64,000 nucleotides of DNA from a virus. Numbering within the stretch: position 1 is the first letter of the stretch; the number at the start of each line of letters is the position of its first letter. Under the pieces are notes generated by a model. The model did not search any database. It saw only the letters and a program-made list of their open reading frames with translations, and was not told where the DNA came from. Made by a program: the position numbers and the translations under genes. Where the stretch lies: positions 29,447 through 93,446 of IMG/VR virus record IMGVR_UViG_3300010885_011653. One strand, written 5' to 3'. This document shows positions 20,601-29,546 of this stretch, piece by piece.

Positions 20601-23600
20601 ATACGTGCTGGCAACCAGTGTAAGTTTACCTAATTCAACACGATTGGCCACAGTAACATCGGGGGTTCTGGTAGGATCGTATGTTGACTCATACCAATCA
20701 ATTGATGTCCAATATAGACTAGTTTTGTAACTTTGTATTCTAGAAACAGACCATGCGGTTCCCGACCAAGTGTAGATAGCCCATTTAGTATCTTGTGTGC
20801 TATCATTCTCTACTAGAATTTTATAACCAGTGGCAAAGTTTGCAGCATTTAGATATCCAAGATCTTCTTTAGTTGCAACAACTTGATTGTATGCACCAGT
20901 TAAAGCACTGGGTGTAGGTTCATTGCTGTTTAGTGTAGTCAACACTCTGCGGTCAACTACAGGATATGTTGACAAAACAGCATTTACAAATGTTAGATAA
21001 TTTGTCCAAGCCAATGTTCTATTGACAAACATGCTTTGTCTTGGCCGTATATCGATACCGTAACTTTGTGCAGGTGTTAGTGCAGGATCAGGTACAGTTT
21101 GCCCAAACAAATCTTGTCCGGACAGGCTGTCAATTAATTTATTTTTAATTACATCAGGTATTGTGCTTGCAGGGTTTCCTTCTTGCACTAAAGCATACTC
21201 GCTGTGAATTAAACCTGAATCTACAGCTTTATTACCTAGATGTACAACACTATTTTGCCCAACTAGTTTATTTTTAATATTGTAAATTGCTATAGTATCG
21301 TTACGTAAAACGGTAGCGTACGGTATACCCTGACTTTGTGGATTTTCAATTGCGGCTGCAATACTATATGCGCTGTTTGTTTTTCCTGTTTGGTAACTAA
21401 TAGAATCTTTGTTCTTTACCCAGAAGTAATACTTTAATCTAATGGTGCCACTTTGATCCACGTAACCGTAGGTACTATATGCGCTGTCATCTGAATGCAA
21501 CGGAGTACCTGTTCCAGTGTACTGGCTTGGCAATACGTAACTTTCTGTCCATTCATATACATTAATTTCGCTGCCAGGGAATAACTCTCCCCAATGATTT
21601 AGTCTATAAATCAGTGCATCTTGTTCGTAATCTATATAACGTGCATTGTCAAGATCCCACCAAATTTTTCCAACTTGTGATGGACCCCAGTGAAAATCTT
21701 CGTGGATATCGCCGGTTCCTGCGTTATAAAGTGCAGGGTCATGTGTATGTTTGTAATCAATGTCTTGATCAACTGTAGACAATACTTTGCCTTTGGCAGG
21801 ATCTATAAAATCAACCGCTGCCAAAATATTATTGTCTGATTTGTTATAGATGAATGTTCTACCAATGCTGTTAATATCAACTTGAACTTGTTGCTGTCTT
21901 GTTAATTCCCATGCACGAGATTTTGAAATGTTTTCATAAATTTGAACATCTCCAGCTGAATTATTAGTTCCCGGAGCACCAACCATCATAACATCTCTGG
22001 TAACTGTAACGCTTGACCCAAATTGGTCGCCGGAGTCAACTTGAGCAGATAAGTCATCAGTATAAGAATACGTGCCCAGGTCATTGGCAACTGTTTGATC
22101 AATAATTGATTCAAACAAATATATTGCGCCGCTGTTAGACACTTGGTCAACAAAGTATGTTGTTCCAGCATCAATTGATAATGCATCGCCGTCAAATGTT
22201 GTATCTTCGTCTGCGGCACTACCGGAACTACCAACAGCCAGCACCACTGCATCACCAGTGATACTCAAACTACTACCAAATTGTCCAACTTGTGCATCTG
22301 GATGCACTATAGACTCTTTAAATACATAACTGGTACCATTATATGTATATCGCTCAACCAGTCCATTAGCATTACCGCTGGCTAAACTATTTGGTATACC
22401 CACAAATAAGTTTCCTGCTGTACTATCTATGGCTAAACTTGCACCAAATCCAGCATTAATGTTTTTATACTGACTGGTTAAAGTCTGCCCCAATGTAAAT
22501 GCATTTGCAGTTCTTGAGTAAACATACAGATTACCATTGCCAATGACCCCATTAGTATCGTTCGACGCACCAACAAATAGTCGTGTTCCATTGGCATTGG
22601 TCTTGATAGCAGTGGCCGCAACAGTTAAACTTGATACCAATGTATAACTGGCTGCACTGGCCACATTACTTGTGTAATATGCTTGTACTTGTGATACTGT
22701 TGGTTCGTTTACATATAACCAATGTCCGTCGGCACTCATAGCAATGTTGGCTCCAAACTTGCCGCTAGCGTTTGCCGAATGCAACATTTGTAATTTAGTG
22801 TGTGTACCGTTATTGTTATAGTAAACATGTACGTTGCCGGCAGTAGGTGCACCAATTGCTAATAAATTAGCCTGTGTGTCAAAACTACTGCCGAAGCTGG
22901 CGTTTATGTTACTGATAGTTTGTGCTGTTGAGAACTCGTAATCAACATTGGCAAATACCTGTACACTCTTGTTGCCAGGATTGCCTGCATACAACCAACG
23001 TCCATTGGAACTTATGGCTGTTGTTGAACCAAATTGATCATTGGATGTAACTGTGTTGGCTGTAACTGTTACACTAACATTAGACACCCACGGACGATTG
23101 TATGTGTAAACACCCCAGCCATCTTGTGTGGCATTGTTAACCCAAATATGATCATGTGATTTCCATCCGTTCAAAGGGCGAATTGAATCTAATTCAGTAA
23201 TGCGATTAATTACTGCTGAATCAAGACTATATATTACTCCGTTGCCAACTGCTCTACCGCTGGTTGAGATTAATTTTGTTGGATCGTCAAGTTCTATAGT
23301 AACGCTTAGTAAGTCTGGAACATTTACTACTCTGTACAATCCGTCAAACAAGGGATTAAAATTATCTAAGATAAAATAATCATTGCTATTGAAACTATGT
23401 GCATTGTCAAAAGTCAATTTAGCGTAAGTGTCAAGGGTGTATGCCATCTTAATAGCCTGACTTCTAGTTGCGTTGATACGCAACACATTCCAGTTTTTAT
23501 TATAATCTTTTGCTACCCAAATCTTTTTACCCACTACCGGATTGTCAATCATTGATAGTTTAGTAATATCAAATACCTGGTAATCAACATCCTGGACATT

Positions 23601-26600
23601 GATATATCCACAATCAGGTAAATCACCAATATACAAATTGTTTACACGATTATTATATAATTGAGTACTTGTTGTAGTCAGATTACTTGATGTATATATA
23701 TTTGACTGTACTAGATCAACTACAATATTACCAGTGCTGTAAGTATCAGCATAGGTAAATGCCACTGGGTTGGTCTTAAATGTACTTTGGTCTAATATAA
23801 ACTCTCTGTACTGATTGTTGTTTACATCTCCATATACACCAACGCGAAACGCCCATTCTTCGTAGGTACTAATTGTACTGTTAATGTTATTAAACTGTGC
23901 TTTGGTCAAAGCGTCTATAGCATTTTTTGTGCCTTTTTGTTTGATATATCCTTGATAGAATTTTGTCTGTGTCGGGATACTCATGCCTAAATCTGTCAAG
24001 TACGGACGTTCACGGAATCCAATCAGACCCGAACTAAACATTTGTACCTGCTCGTCGACTGGAGGATTGTCTATGTCATAGATATTAGTAAACATCTGTG
24101 CATTTGTACCCGGAGTAGGTAATAATCCTGTTTGTATAGAACTGTACGGAATCTCTGTCCATACTGTGATATTGAATGTTTCGCTGGCCAATACATCCAT
24201 GCTTGCAGTATAGTATGCATCATTATAAACAACAAGATCGCCCATGCGATAGTCTTGTCCTGGAATCCATGCATTAATATCCGGGTTACTATATATGTAC
24301 CCAGCTGGGCTAATTGCACCCGACCAAGCACCTGTTTTAAATCCCGAGACTTTTAATCTATATTGTCTTGCTCCTTGTTCGGGTATGTAAATTACATCGC
24401 CAAAATCATCAACATTGTCAAATATCAACGTGCTTTCATACTGAACAAAATTTAGTTTAACTAATCCAATTGTAGATCCATTGATAGTATCAAATTGAAA
24501 TCTATTTTCGCCAGGAAAATCAGTTCTTATAATATTAAAGTGCTGACTCTTAATAGGTACATAGTTTTGATCTAATACAATACCTTGCCCGGGCATGTTA
24601 CTAATTTCGTCAACGATTGAATCAGTAGAAGTAATAAACACTCGAGTTGACGCAGGAGTTAATACAAGAATAGTTCCAAGGTCCCAGCCTTGCTGTGCCC
24701 AGAATAAGAATTCTTTAATGCTTAGTCTAAAGTTTTTAGTTTCGCCGAGATCATCGTCAAATGTTTGAAATACAAAACCCTGCGCTACCAAATGACGTTC
24801 GTAACTAATTAAGAAATCGGCTATTTGTTGGGCTGTAGCAAAAGTAGTTCCGTATGGTATAGTAATAGACCGATTGCTACTGTCTTGATATATTTTTACA
24901 GCAAGATTGTCTACTTTAATTGTTTCTACTTTGTTGTTGGCAACACTAGGTAATATAGTAAAGAACGGATCTGTACTGTCATATCCCTTGACAGAATATC
25001 CAGATTCAGTTCTTTCAACAACAACAGCACTATATGTAATTGTGCGATTTGGCACAGGCTTACCAATATAAGTCTCATAATTAGAATCTGGTATTATAAC
25101 ACTAGAGTTTGTGGTACCCGGGCTAGTTTGTTCTGCACTTACGGTAATAAGTTTTTTATCTGTAAAGCCACTGCATCTATACGCCAACTGTACAGATAAA
25201 TTTTGATAATATGTGTTTAACTTAGTAACAGGATCAATACCGTAATTCTTAATAGAATCAGCAATCCAATTGGCATATCCGCTGGTACGCAATACAGTAC
25301 CAGTGGTAGTATCACCGTTGACTACCAATGCCGTTGGTGTAATTTTTTGATTGGTCGCACTAGAAAACTGTCCAGTAACTTCATTAAAATAAAATCTACT
25401 GGTATCCAATTGGCTAGCAAAATACTTTGCTGGTCTAGCCAGTGCTAATCCCTGTTGAACTGCAAAAGGAAAATCACTACTACGACGCCAGGCTGTTTCT
25501 GCAGGGCCTTGGTGACCTATTGCAAATTTGTTATCTATTGTACGATTACTGTATTCTTTAATAATCCCAATTGCTGTTGGGGGCAATAAATTACCAGCTG
25601 TATCTACAGGAATGAAATTGGTCAATCCGGGACGTGCAAATCTTGTATCGTAGTAGGCGGATCCGTTATTCCAAATATATCCAGCTTCAAGATCTTCCCA
25701 TAATGTAGCATTACCAGAAGTATATGGACTTGGACCATAACGATCTTGCCACCAACTCGGCTCATCGCTGATACCCAGCATACGCCACGGAAACAAATTA
25801 GGGCTTACTGTATCAAACCAGTGATTGTAAATTGCTCTCCAACTGCCTTGCAATTTTACACCATCTAATCCGGTAAATTGACTGTAATTCCAAGTCCATG
25901 GATCACCTGCATTAAACCAAGTATTAGATGCATAATCAACTTTATTTGATCCTACCCAATATAAGAAATTTTGACTTAATAATCTATTCCATTCGCCCGA
26001 ACTGTAATCCGTGGACCTAAACTGACCAGGAATAGTATCGTAAAGATCCAAAGTATTGTTAGTGTAATTGGCCTTAATGTTGTTGTATATGCGTAACTCA
26101 AGTTCCAGTAGGTATTGGTCTCTGAAGTCGCCGAACGCCGGGGTAATACTACCATCGTGTCCTCTGAGTACTTCTGTGGGAGTTAGGTATGTTGTATCTG
26201 TAAAAAGTTCAGGAGTAAACTTTGGATACAATCCCAACTTGGTTGGTGTTTCGGGAATAAAGTTTCCGTCTGTGTTGTAATAGTCACGTATCACAAGTAT
26301 GGTACCAATGCTTAACGGAGTCGTTAAAATAATAGAAGGAGCTAAGTTATTAAATTCGTAGTCAACTCCTTTGACCAATTGTGTTCCGTTTACATACACT
26401 AGAACTGCACGATTACTTAATTGTGTATCATCAAAAATTGAACTGATTTCATAATTGGTCTGTCTGGCATTAAGAACTGTATAAACTACTTCGTTGTATT
26501 CTGCCCCGTATGGAACCATATCGCTATAGTACCAAGGAAAATTAGAGTTCTTAACTGTGTTAATATTCTTTAAAATTATGTCAACACCGGCCGCAGGATC

Positions 26601-29546
26601 ATTATAATCTAATATGGTTAATGTTTCACACAAAGTTAAAAATTTATTTTTAAATCTTTGATATTCTTTACGTGCATAGGCAACGGAATTTACAAAACTA
26701 ACTGACTGGTCATTCATAAAAGTCAATGCGTAAACTGCAGGACTATCATGTTGTAACAATAAACCGCCCTGTGCTTTTACGTTAATGTCTTGTATAGGAC
26801 GTTGTGTTGTTGGGCTAACTGTTGTGTTTTCAATTAAAGTATTATAGTGTTTGCGAATTTGCCCAAGAGTGATAGTATTAAAATTTGCATTTAATGGATT
26901 ATGATCAAGGTTGGCAGGTATTTCGTAATATGCAGATGCACTGATGCTATTGCTGTATACTAATACATCAATCTTGTCGCCTTCAGTAAGATTGTTTTTT
27001 AATACAATAACATCAAATAACTTGTACTGTCCTTTAACATACCCAATGGTTGATTGAAAATTGTTTAAGGTTGTGTAGTCGTTATCAGCACCGCGAACTA
27101 ATAATTCGTTATTTAGATAAACTTTTAATGTTGGTACAGTTGACTGTGCGGCAGGTGTTATATCAATTTGTACAAATGGAAAGTCACCTTGGTCTGTTGC
27201 CAAAATTCTACCGTCGTAAAATTTTGTAAACACTTGATACTGTTTTGTAGGTTCTCTGTTTAATATCCAATTATTAACTTTTGCTACAACATTAAGCCCG
27301 TCATTTTTAGCCAAGTATCCCTGGTTAAGAGGTGTATTGGTTGCGGCGCTGGTAGAAAAAGAATCTGCGTCGTAGTAGTTAGTAAAAAGAATGTCGCCGA
27401 TATTATTGAAATTTTGATATTTCAATGGAAACCCTAGTACTACATCGTTATTGCCTGTGCCTACGGAGTAATTAAAAAACTTAGTACCAGCAAAATTACT
27501 ACCAGGATATACTGTTGTGTCTGAAAAACTATATCCGTTGGCATCTACTAGATCAAACAATGGCGCTTGATTAAATGATGTTTTACGTGGTAAACATTCT
27601 GTCCACACCTCTCCATCATATTTAAAAATTCTGTCTGCGTAAGTGCCTTGTTTGACCAATACCTGCTCGCCTGCTAGTACAGGATCGTCAGCGGTTAATA
27701 TTAGTCTGATAAAGTTTTGACTGTTGATTCGTTGAATATCAACTTCATAAATTTCAAATCTAATATTTTCGTCGTAGTCATTGGCAAAAACAATACGCTG
27801 ACCATTGGCTAAAGTAACGCCTTCAACGGTAGCTGTGATTTGTCCTTCAATATTTACAAATGCATCAGTGGATGCAAAAGTTATAATGTCTATTGCTCTT
27901 TTGGCTATTTTACCATAACCGTATAATTGTAGGTTAGGCTCGAACTCAACAATAGCTCTGCGTCCTTGTACATTGGGACCGTAATCTATATCTGTTGTAT
28001 TATATTTGGCTACTGCTTCTAACACATCTTTATGAAACCAACGGTTAGTGCGTGACCAAGGATTTAAGTCTTGGCTTGCACGATTCACTGTTAAATAATC
28101 TGCTTCAACTAAAATCTGATCTTCGAATACTGTTGGTACTACCAATTGCTCAACCGGAACTAGTCTAATGTAAGTACCTACGCCTTCAACATAATATTCG
28201 CCGTCGGCGTAGGTAGCGGGTAATACTAAACTATCAAATTTAACTTTTAAACCATTGGTAAAAATAACACCGTTAGGGCTGGTATAGCTTGTTCGTCCAA
28301 TGATATCATTTAGTACATCGATAGGAGTGCTGGTATTATCTACTAATTTAATTTCGCCAAAGAAATCAGGATTGGCGCTGTCCTGGTAATACAAATAGTT
28401 AGCATTGGCAGTAATTGTTGGAACTTGTACATACCTTTTGTTATTGTCAAGCCAGAACTGCAAAGATGCGTAAGTTTTCCCTGATCGTACAAAAACTTTT
28501 TCAAGAGAATTAACAGCTTTAATAGAAACCAAATTGATTGTGTAATCGCCTGCGCCATCTGACACCAAATTGATTTTCCATACACCAGTGCGTGATGACT
28601 GTGGAACAGTCATGCTATTTGCAGTCCACTTGGCAGCGTCAAGACTGTTGTTTATAAACAGCAATGTTTTATTTTGTAGTTGATTATTAACACCATCAAA
28701 TCCGTTGGCGTTAGCGGCCAAAAAGTCACTTAATAGTTGTCCCTGTATATCACTGTAGTATAATGTAGTGGCTGCGTCTACGGTATCTACAATTGGCATT
28801 CTAATATAAAAATCTTGTGCTGTAGACAATGGCACATTAAACTCTACTACCCCAGACGAAGCACCATTGTTTTTAACGCCCATTACTTCTCGGGTGCTCA
28901 ATGTACTTACATTTCTATCTGCGCCAGAAATACCCGATTGACTTTGAATCCAGAAATTAAATCCAGACTGGTCGATGGCAAATGTATATTTGCCACCACG
29001 TGCCAAAGTAAGTTGTGTGTTAGGATGGCCACCAAGTGTACTAAAGGTGTATCCATCAACTGCGGTATTACGTGTAACTACATAGTCTGCTTGTGTGGGT
29101 GTTAATCCACTGCTAACATCCACGGCAACTGGGCCGTTTGGTAACCAGTAGTAGTTGTGATAGTTAATAAATTTGTCGTAGTCAACATGCCCATCAAAGC
29201 TGTAACTGTCTTCAACAAAAAGTTTTTGATGATTATTTACATTTCCGTTGTTACTTACAACACTTTGTAATAAATCGCTGTATTGGCCGTTAAAGGTTAT
29301 ATTTTCATTTTTATCGCGTATAACAACGCTGGGCTCAAGTTGATAGTTTGTTTTTAGTGTTGTTATTTCAGGAACATAGTTATCGCCAATTTGGTATGTG
29401 GGGCTAAATCTTCTGCCAATATATCCATTTACTGGAACGTTAACAGAATCGCTGGCTAGCTGATCTAATGTAGCGCCAAGGAATCGTTGATTTGTACCAG
29501 ATCTGAAAACCTGTGGTAAAAAATTGATAGTGTTTACTAAAGCCAT
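17631..29546 (-). CDS. Giant (3971 aa) baseplate wedge-associated structural protein with FG-GAP propeller and CBM5/12-like repeats
   Basis: Translationally coupled to gp6 (TAATG overlap), occupying the T4 gp7 position. FG..S...GAP repeats, W-T-A-N-T repeats and a G.GA.A.A beta module are visible. Confidence 0.75.
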   Translation of the reverse strand: MALVNTINFLPQVFRSGTNQRFLGATLDQLASDSVNVPVNGYIGRRFSPTYQIGDNYVPEITTLKTNYQLEPSVVIRDKNENITFNGQYSDLLQSVVSNNGNVNNHQKLFVEDSYSFDGHVDYDKFINYHNYYWLPNGPVAVDVSSGLTPTQADYVVTRNTAVDGYTFSTLGGHPNTQLTLARGGKYTFAIDQSGFNFWIQSQSGISGADRNVSTLSTREVMGVKNNGASSGVVEFNVPLSTAQDFYIRMPIVDTVDAATTLYYSDIQGQLLSDFLAANANGFDGVNNQLQNKTLLFINNSLDAAKWTANSMTVPQSSRTGVWKINLVSDGAGDYTINLVSIKAVNSLEKVFVRSGKTYASLQFWLDNNKRYVQVPTITANANYLYYQDSANPDFFGEIKLVDNTSTPIDVLNDIIGRTSYTSPNGVIFTNGLKVKFDSLVLPATYADGEYYVEGVGTYIRLVPVEQLVVPTVFEDQILVEADYLTVNRASQDLNPWSRTNRWFHKDVLEAVAKYNTTDIDYGPNVQGRRAIVEFEPNLQLYGYGKIAKRAIDIITFASTDAFVNIEGQITATVEGVTLANGQRIVFANDYDENIRFEIYEVDIQRINSQNFIRLILTADDPVLAGEQVLVKQGTYADRIFKYDGEVWTECLPRKTSFNQAPLFDLVDANGYSFSDTTVYPGSNFAGTKFFNYSVGTGNNDVVLGFPLKYQNFNNIGDILFTNYYDADSFSTSAATNTPLNQGYLAKNDGLNVVAKVNNWILNREPTKQYQVFTKFYDGRILATDQGDFPFVQIDITPAAQSTVPTLKVYLNNELLVRGADNDYTTLNNFQSTIGYVKGQYKLFDVIVLKNNLTEGDKIDVLVYSNSISASAYYEIPANLDHNPLNANFNTITLGQIRKHYNTLIENTTVSPTTQRPIQDINVKAQGGLLLQHDSPAVYALTFMNDQSVSFVNSVAYARKEYQRFKNKFLTLCETLTILDYNDPAAGVDIILKNINTVKNSNFPWYYSDMVPYGAEYNEVVYTVLNARQTNYEISSIFDDTQLSNRAVLVYVNGTQLVKGVDYEFNNLAPSIILTTPLSIGTILVIRDYYNTDGNFIPETPTKLGLYPKFTPELFTDTTYLTPTEVLRGHDGSITPAFGDFRDQYLLELELRIYNNIKANYTNNTLDLYDTIPGQFRSTDYSSGEWNRLLSQNFLYWVGSNKVDYASNTWFNAGDPWTWNYSQFTGLDGVKLQGSWRAIYNHWFDTVSPNLFPWRMLGISDEPSWWQDRYGPSPYTSGNATLWEDLEAGYIWNNGSAYYDTRFARPGLTNFIPVDTAGNLLPPTAIGIIKEYSNRTIDNKFAIGHQGPAETAWRRSSDFPFAVQQGLALARPAKYFASQLDTSRFYFNEVTGQFSSATNQKITPTALVVNGDTTTGTVLRTSGYANWIADSIKNYGIDPVTKLNTYYQNLSVQLAYRCSGFTDKKLITVSAEQTSPGTTNSSVIIPDSNYETYIGKPVPNRTITYSAVVVERTESGYSVKGYDSTDPFFTILPSVANNKVETIKVDNLAVKIYQDSSNRSITIPYGTTFATAQQIADFLISYERHLVAQGFVFQTFDDDLGETKNFRLSIKEFLFWAQQGWDLGTILVLTPASTRVFITSTDSIVDEISNMPGQGIVLDQNYVPIKSQHFNIIRTDFPGENRFQFDTINGSTIGLVKLNFVQYESTLIFDNVDDFGDVIYIPEQGARQYRLKVSGFKTGAWSGAISPAGYIYSNPDINAWIPGQDYRMGDLVVYNDAYYTASMDVLASETFNITVWTEIPYSSIQTGLLPTPGTNAQMFTNIYDIDNPPVDEQVQMFSSGLIGFRERPYLTDLGMSIPTQTKFYQGYIKQKGTKNAIDALTKAQFNNINSTISTYEEWAFRVGVYGDVNNNQYREFILDQSTFKTNPVAFTYADTYSTGNIVVDLVQSNIYTSSNLTTTSTQLYNNRVNNLYIGDLPDCGYINVQDVDYQVFDITKLSMIDNPVVGKKIWVAKDYNKNWNVLRINATRSQAIKMAYTLDTYAKLTFDNAHSFNSNDYFILDNFNPLFDGLYRVVNVPDLLSVTIELDDPTKLISTSGRAVGNGVIYSLDSAVINRITELDSIRPLNGWKSHDHIWVNNATQDGWGVYTYNRPWVSNVSVTVTANTVTSNDQFGSTTAISSNGRWLYAGNPGNKSVQVFANVDYEFSTAQTISNINASFGSSFDTQANLLAIGAPTAGNVHVYYNNNGTHTKLQMLHSANASGKFGANIAMSADGHWLYVNEPTVSQVQAYYTSNVASAASYTLVSSLTVAATAIKTNANGTRLFVGASNDTNGVIGNGNLYVYSRTANAFTLGQTLTSQYKNINAGFGASLAIDSTAGNLFVGIPNSLASGNANGLVERYTYNGTSYVFKESIVHPDAQVGQFGSSLSITGDAVVLAVGSSGSAADEDTTFDGDALSIDAGTTYFVDQVSNSGAIYLFESIIDQTVANDLGTYSYTDDLSAQVDSGDQFGSSVTVTRDVMMVGAPGTNNSAGDVQIYENISKSRAWELTRQQQVQVDINSIGRTFIYNKSDNNILAAVDFIDPAKGKVLSTVDQDIDYKHTHDPALYNAGTGDIHEDFHWGPSQVGKIWWDLDNARYIDYEQDALIYRLNHWGELFPGSEINVYEWTESYVLPSQYTGTGTPLHSDDSAYSTYGYVDQSGTIRLKYYFWVKNKDSISYQTGKTNSAYSIAAAIENPQSQGIPYATVLRNDTIAIYNIKNKLVGQNSVVHLGNKAVDSGLIHSEYALVQEGNPASTIPDVIKNKLIDSLSGQDLFGQTVPDPALTPAQSYGIDIRPRQSMFVNRTLAWTNYLTFVNAVLSTYPVVDRRVLTTLNSNEPTPSALTGAYNQVVATKEDLGYLNAANFATGYKILVENDSTQDTKWAIYTWSGTAWSVSRIQSYKTSLYWTSIDWYESTYDPTRTPDVTVANRVELGKLTLVASTYIKVLDNGSGEFAVYYVNPNLTTTLVGIQNGTVQIDTTSIPAKEMRQLALAIQNEILIEDLAAEYNTLFFIMIKYALTEQKNLDWVFKTSFISATQYIRKLEHFPAYIADNQNYYLDYMNEVTPYRTAVREFVIDYIGNDNYGGDVTDFDLPAYYDKTLQVYRSPSGEQSYDPLLLTENLYYNWAQNYKYKVVDIIVEDAGQDYLFPPDIVVYGGNGSGAKAYAAVNSSGQITGIYVTKGGEGFTTIPEIKIEGTGTDARARAVLRNVYDGANQGHNVIRSINTTMKFDRINYTSANTFVFWDTLTANTSVGNVIPANTILVINSKLYNLANAYTITGNTTTGSVNFPIDFVTQIYAGDFNNANDRIISTQGNIDLSITQAGLSYPGVIIDGNTYIGQELDAIVTSSYADNLGIDPNAIFVDGGAYVDTFSSYAPDELVPGRMYDSLNLTVTQNIDPELLKFRFLDNMNQEHSFLRIAAANTTVLSSNLSIRDIEILVNDATKLPNPDPDLDIPGYVFINGEKITYWRNYSLETPTVWSANTVISTATLVTNDGHAGNTYITKGNVYAPNIPWTANVAYNINANLYYSGNSYIVTGNVRAPSFAAIEANLTLLYTGENSGFNTIKSNVRQVSTNTIAQLRRGVDGTYTPNVHVAGSSVVDAGQQQIIPGTTLGNILVTANTAYKATDIVSYGANLTLIVSANIGDTITQRTIISNWTANTYVLTGEYTYNSLNGYSYITSGNVFAEHFANISANNNPVWTANTAITSTTMYYSGNTYHVTGNVHAPYFANVSANNNPVWTANTVTTAQMIYYSGNTYQVKGNVHATYFANVVSSGNAVLAFGSTAVNLLFAGNVAANLAFAGNTITISTMKVLETVSNVKTIPVLLVNGTIEGLPELFDGNVNGPVGFDEQGFDNTVGSIFVNDSQTPAYVTSSYVLGTVTQSGFANVSADTRLLQGNIWYNPGVGYATDGTGIVNSTTVQAEFLKASKG
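18111..18360 (-). repeat. 120-bp (40-aa) tandem duplication within the giant protein
   Basis: Similar units 120 bp apart (e.g. GGATTGTTATTAGCACTAA at about 18214 and 18334) encoding SANNNPVWTANT...YYSGNTY.V.GNVHA.YFANV. Confidence 0.85.
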
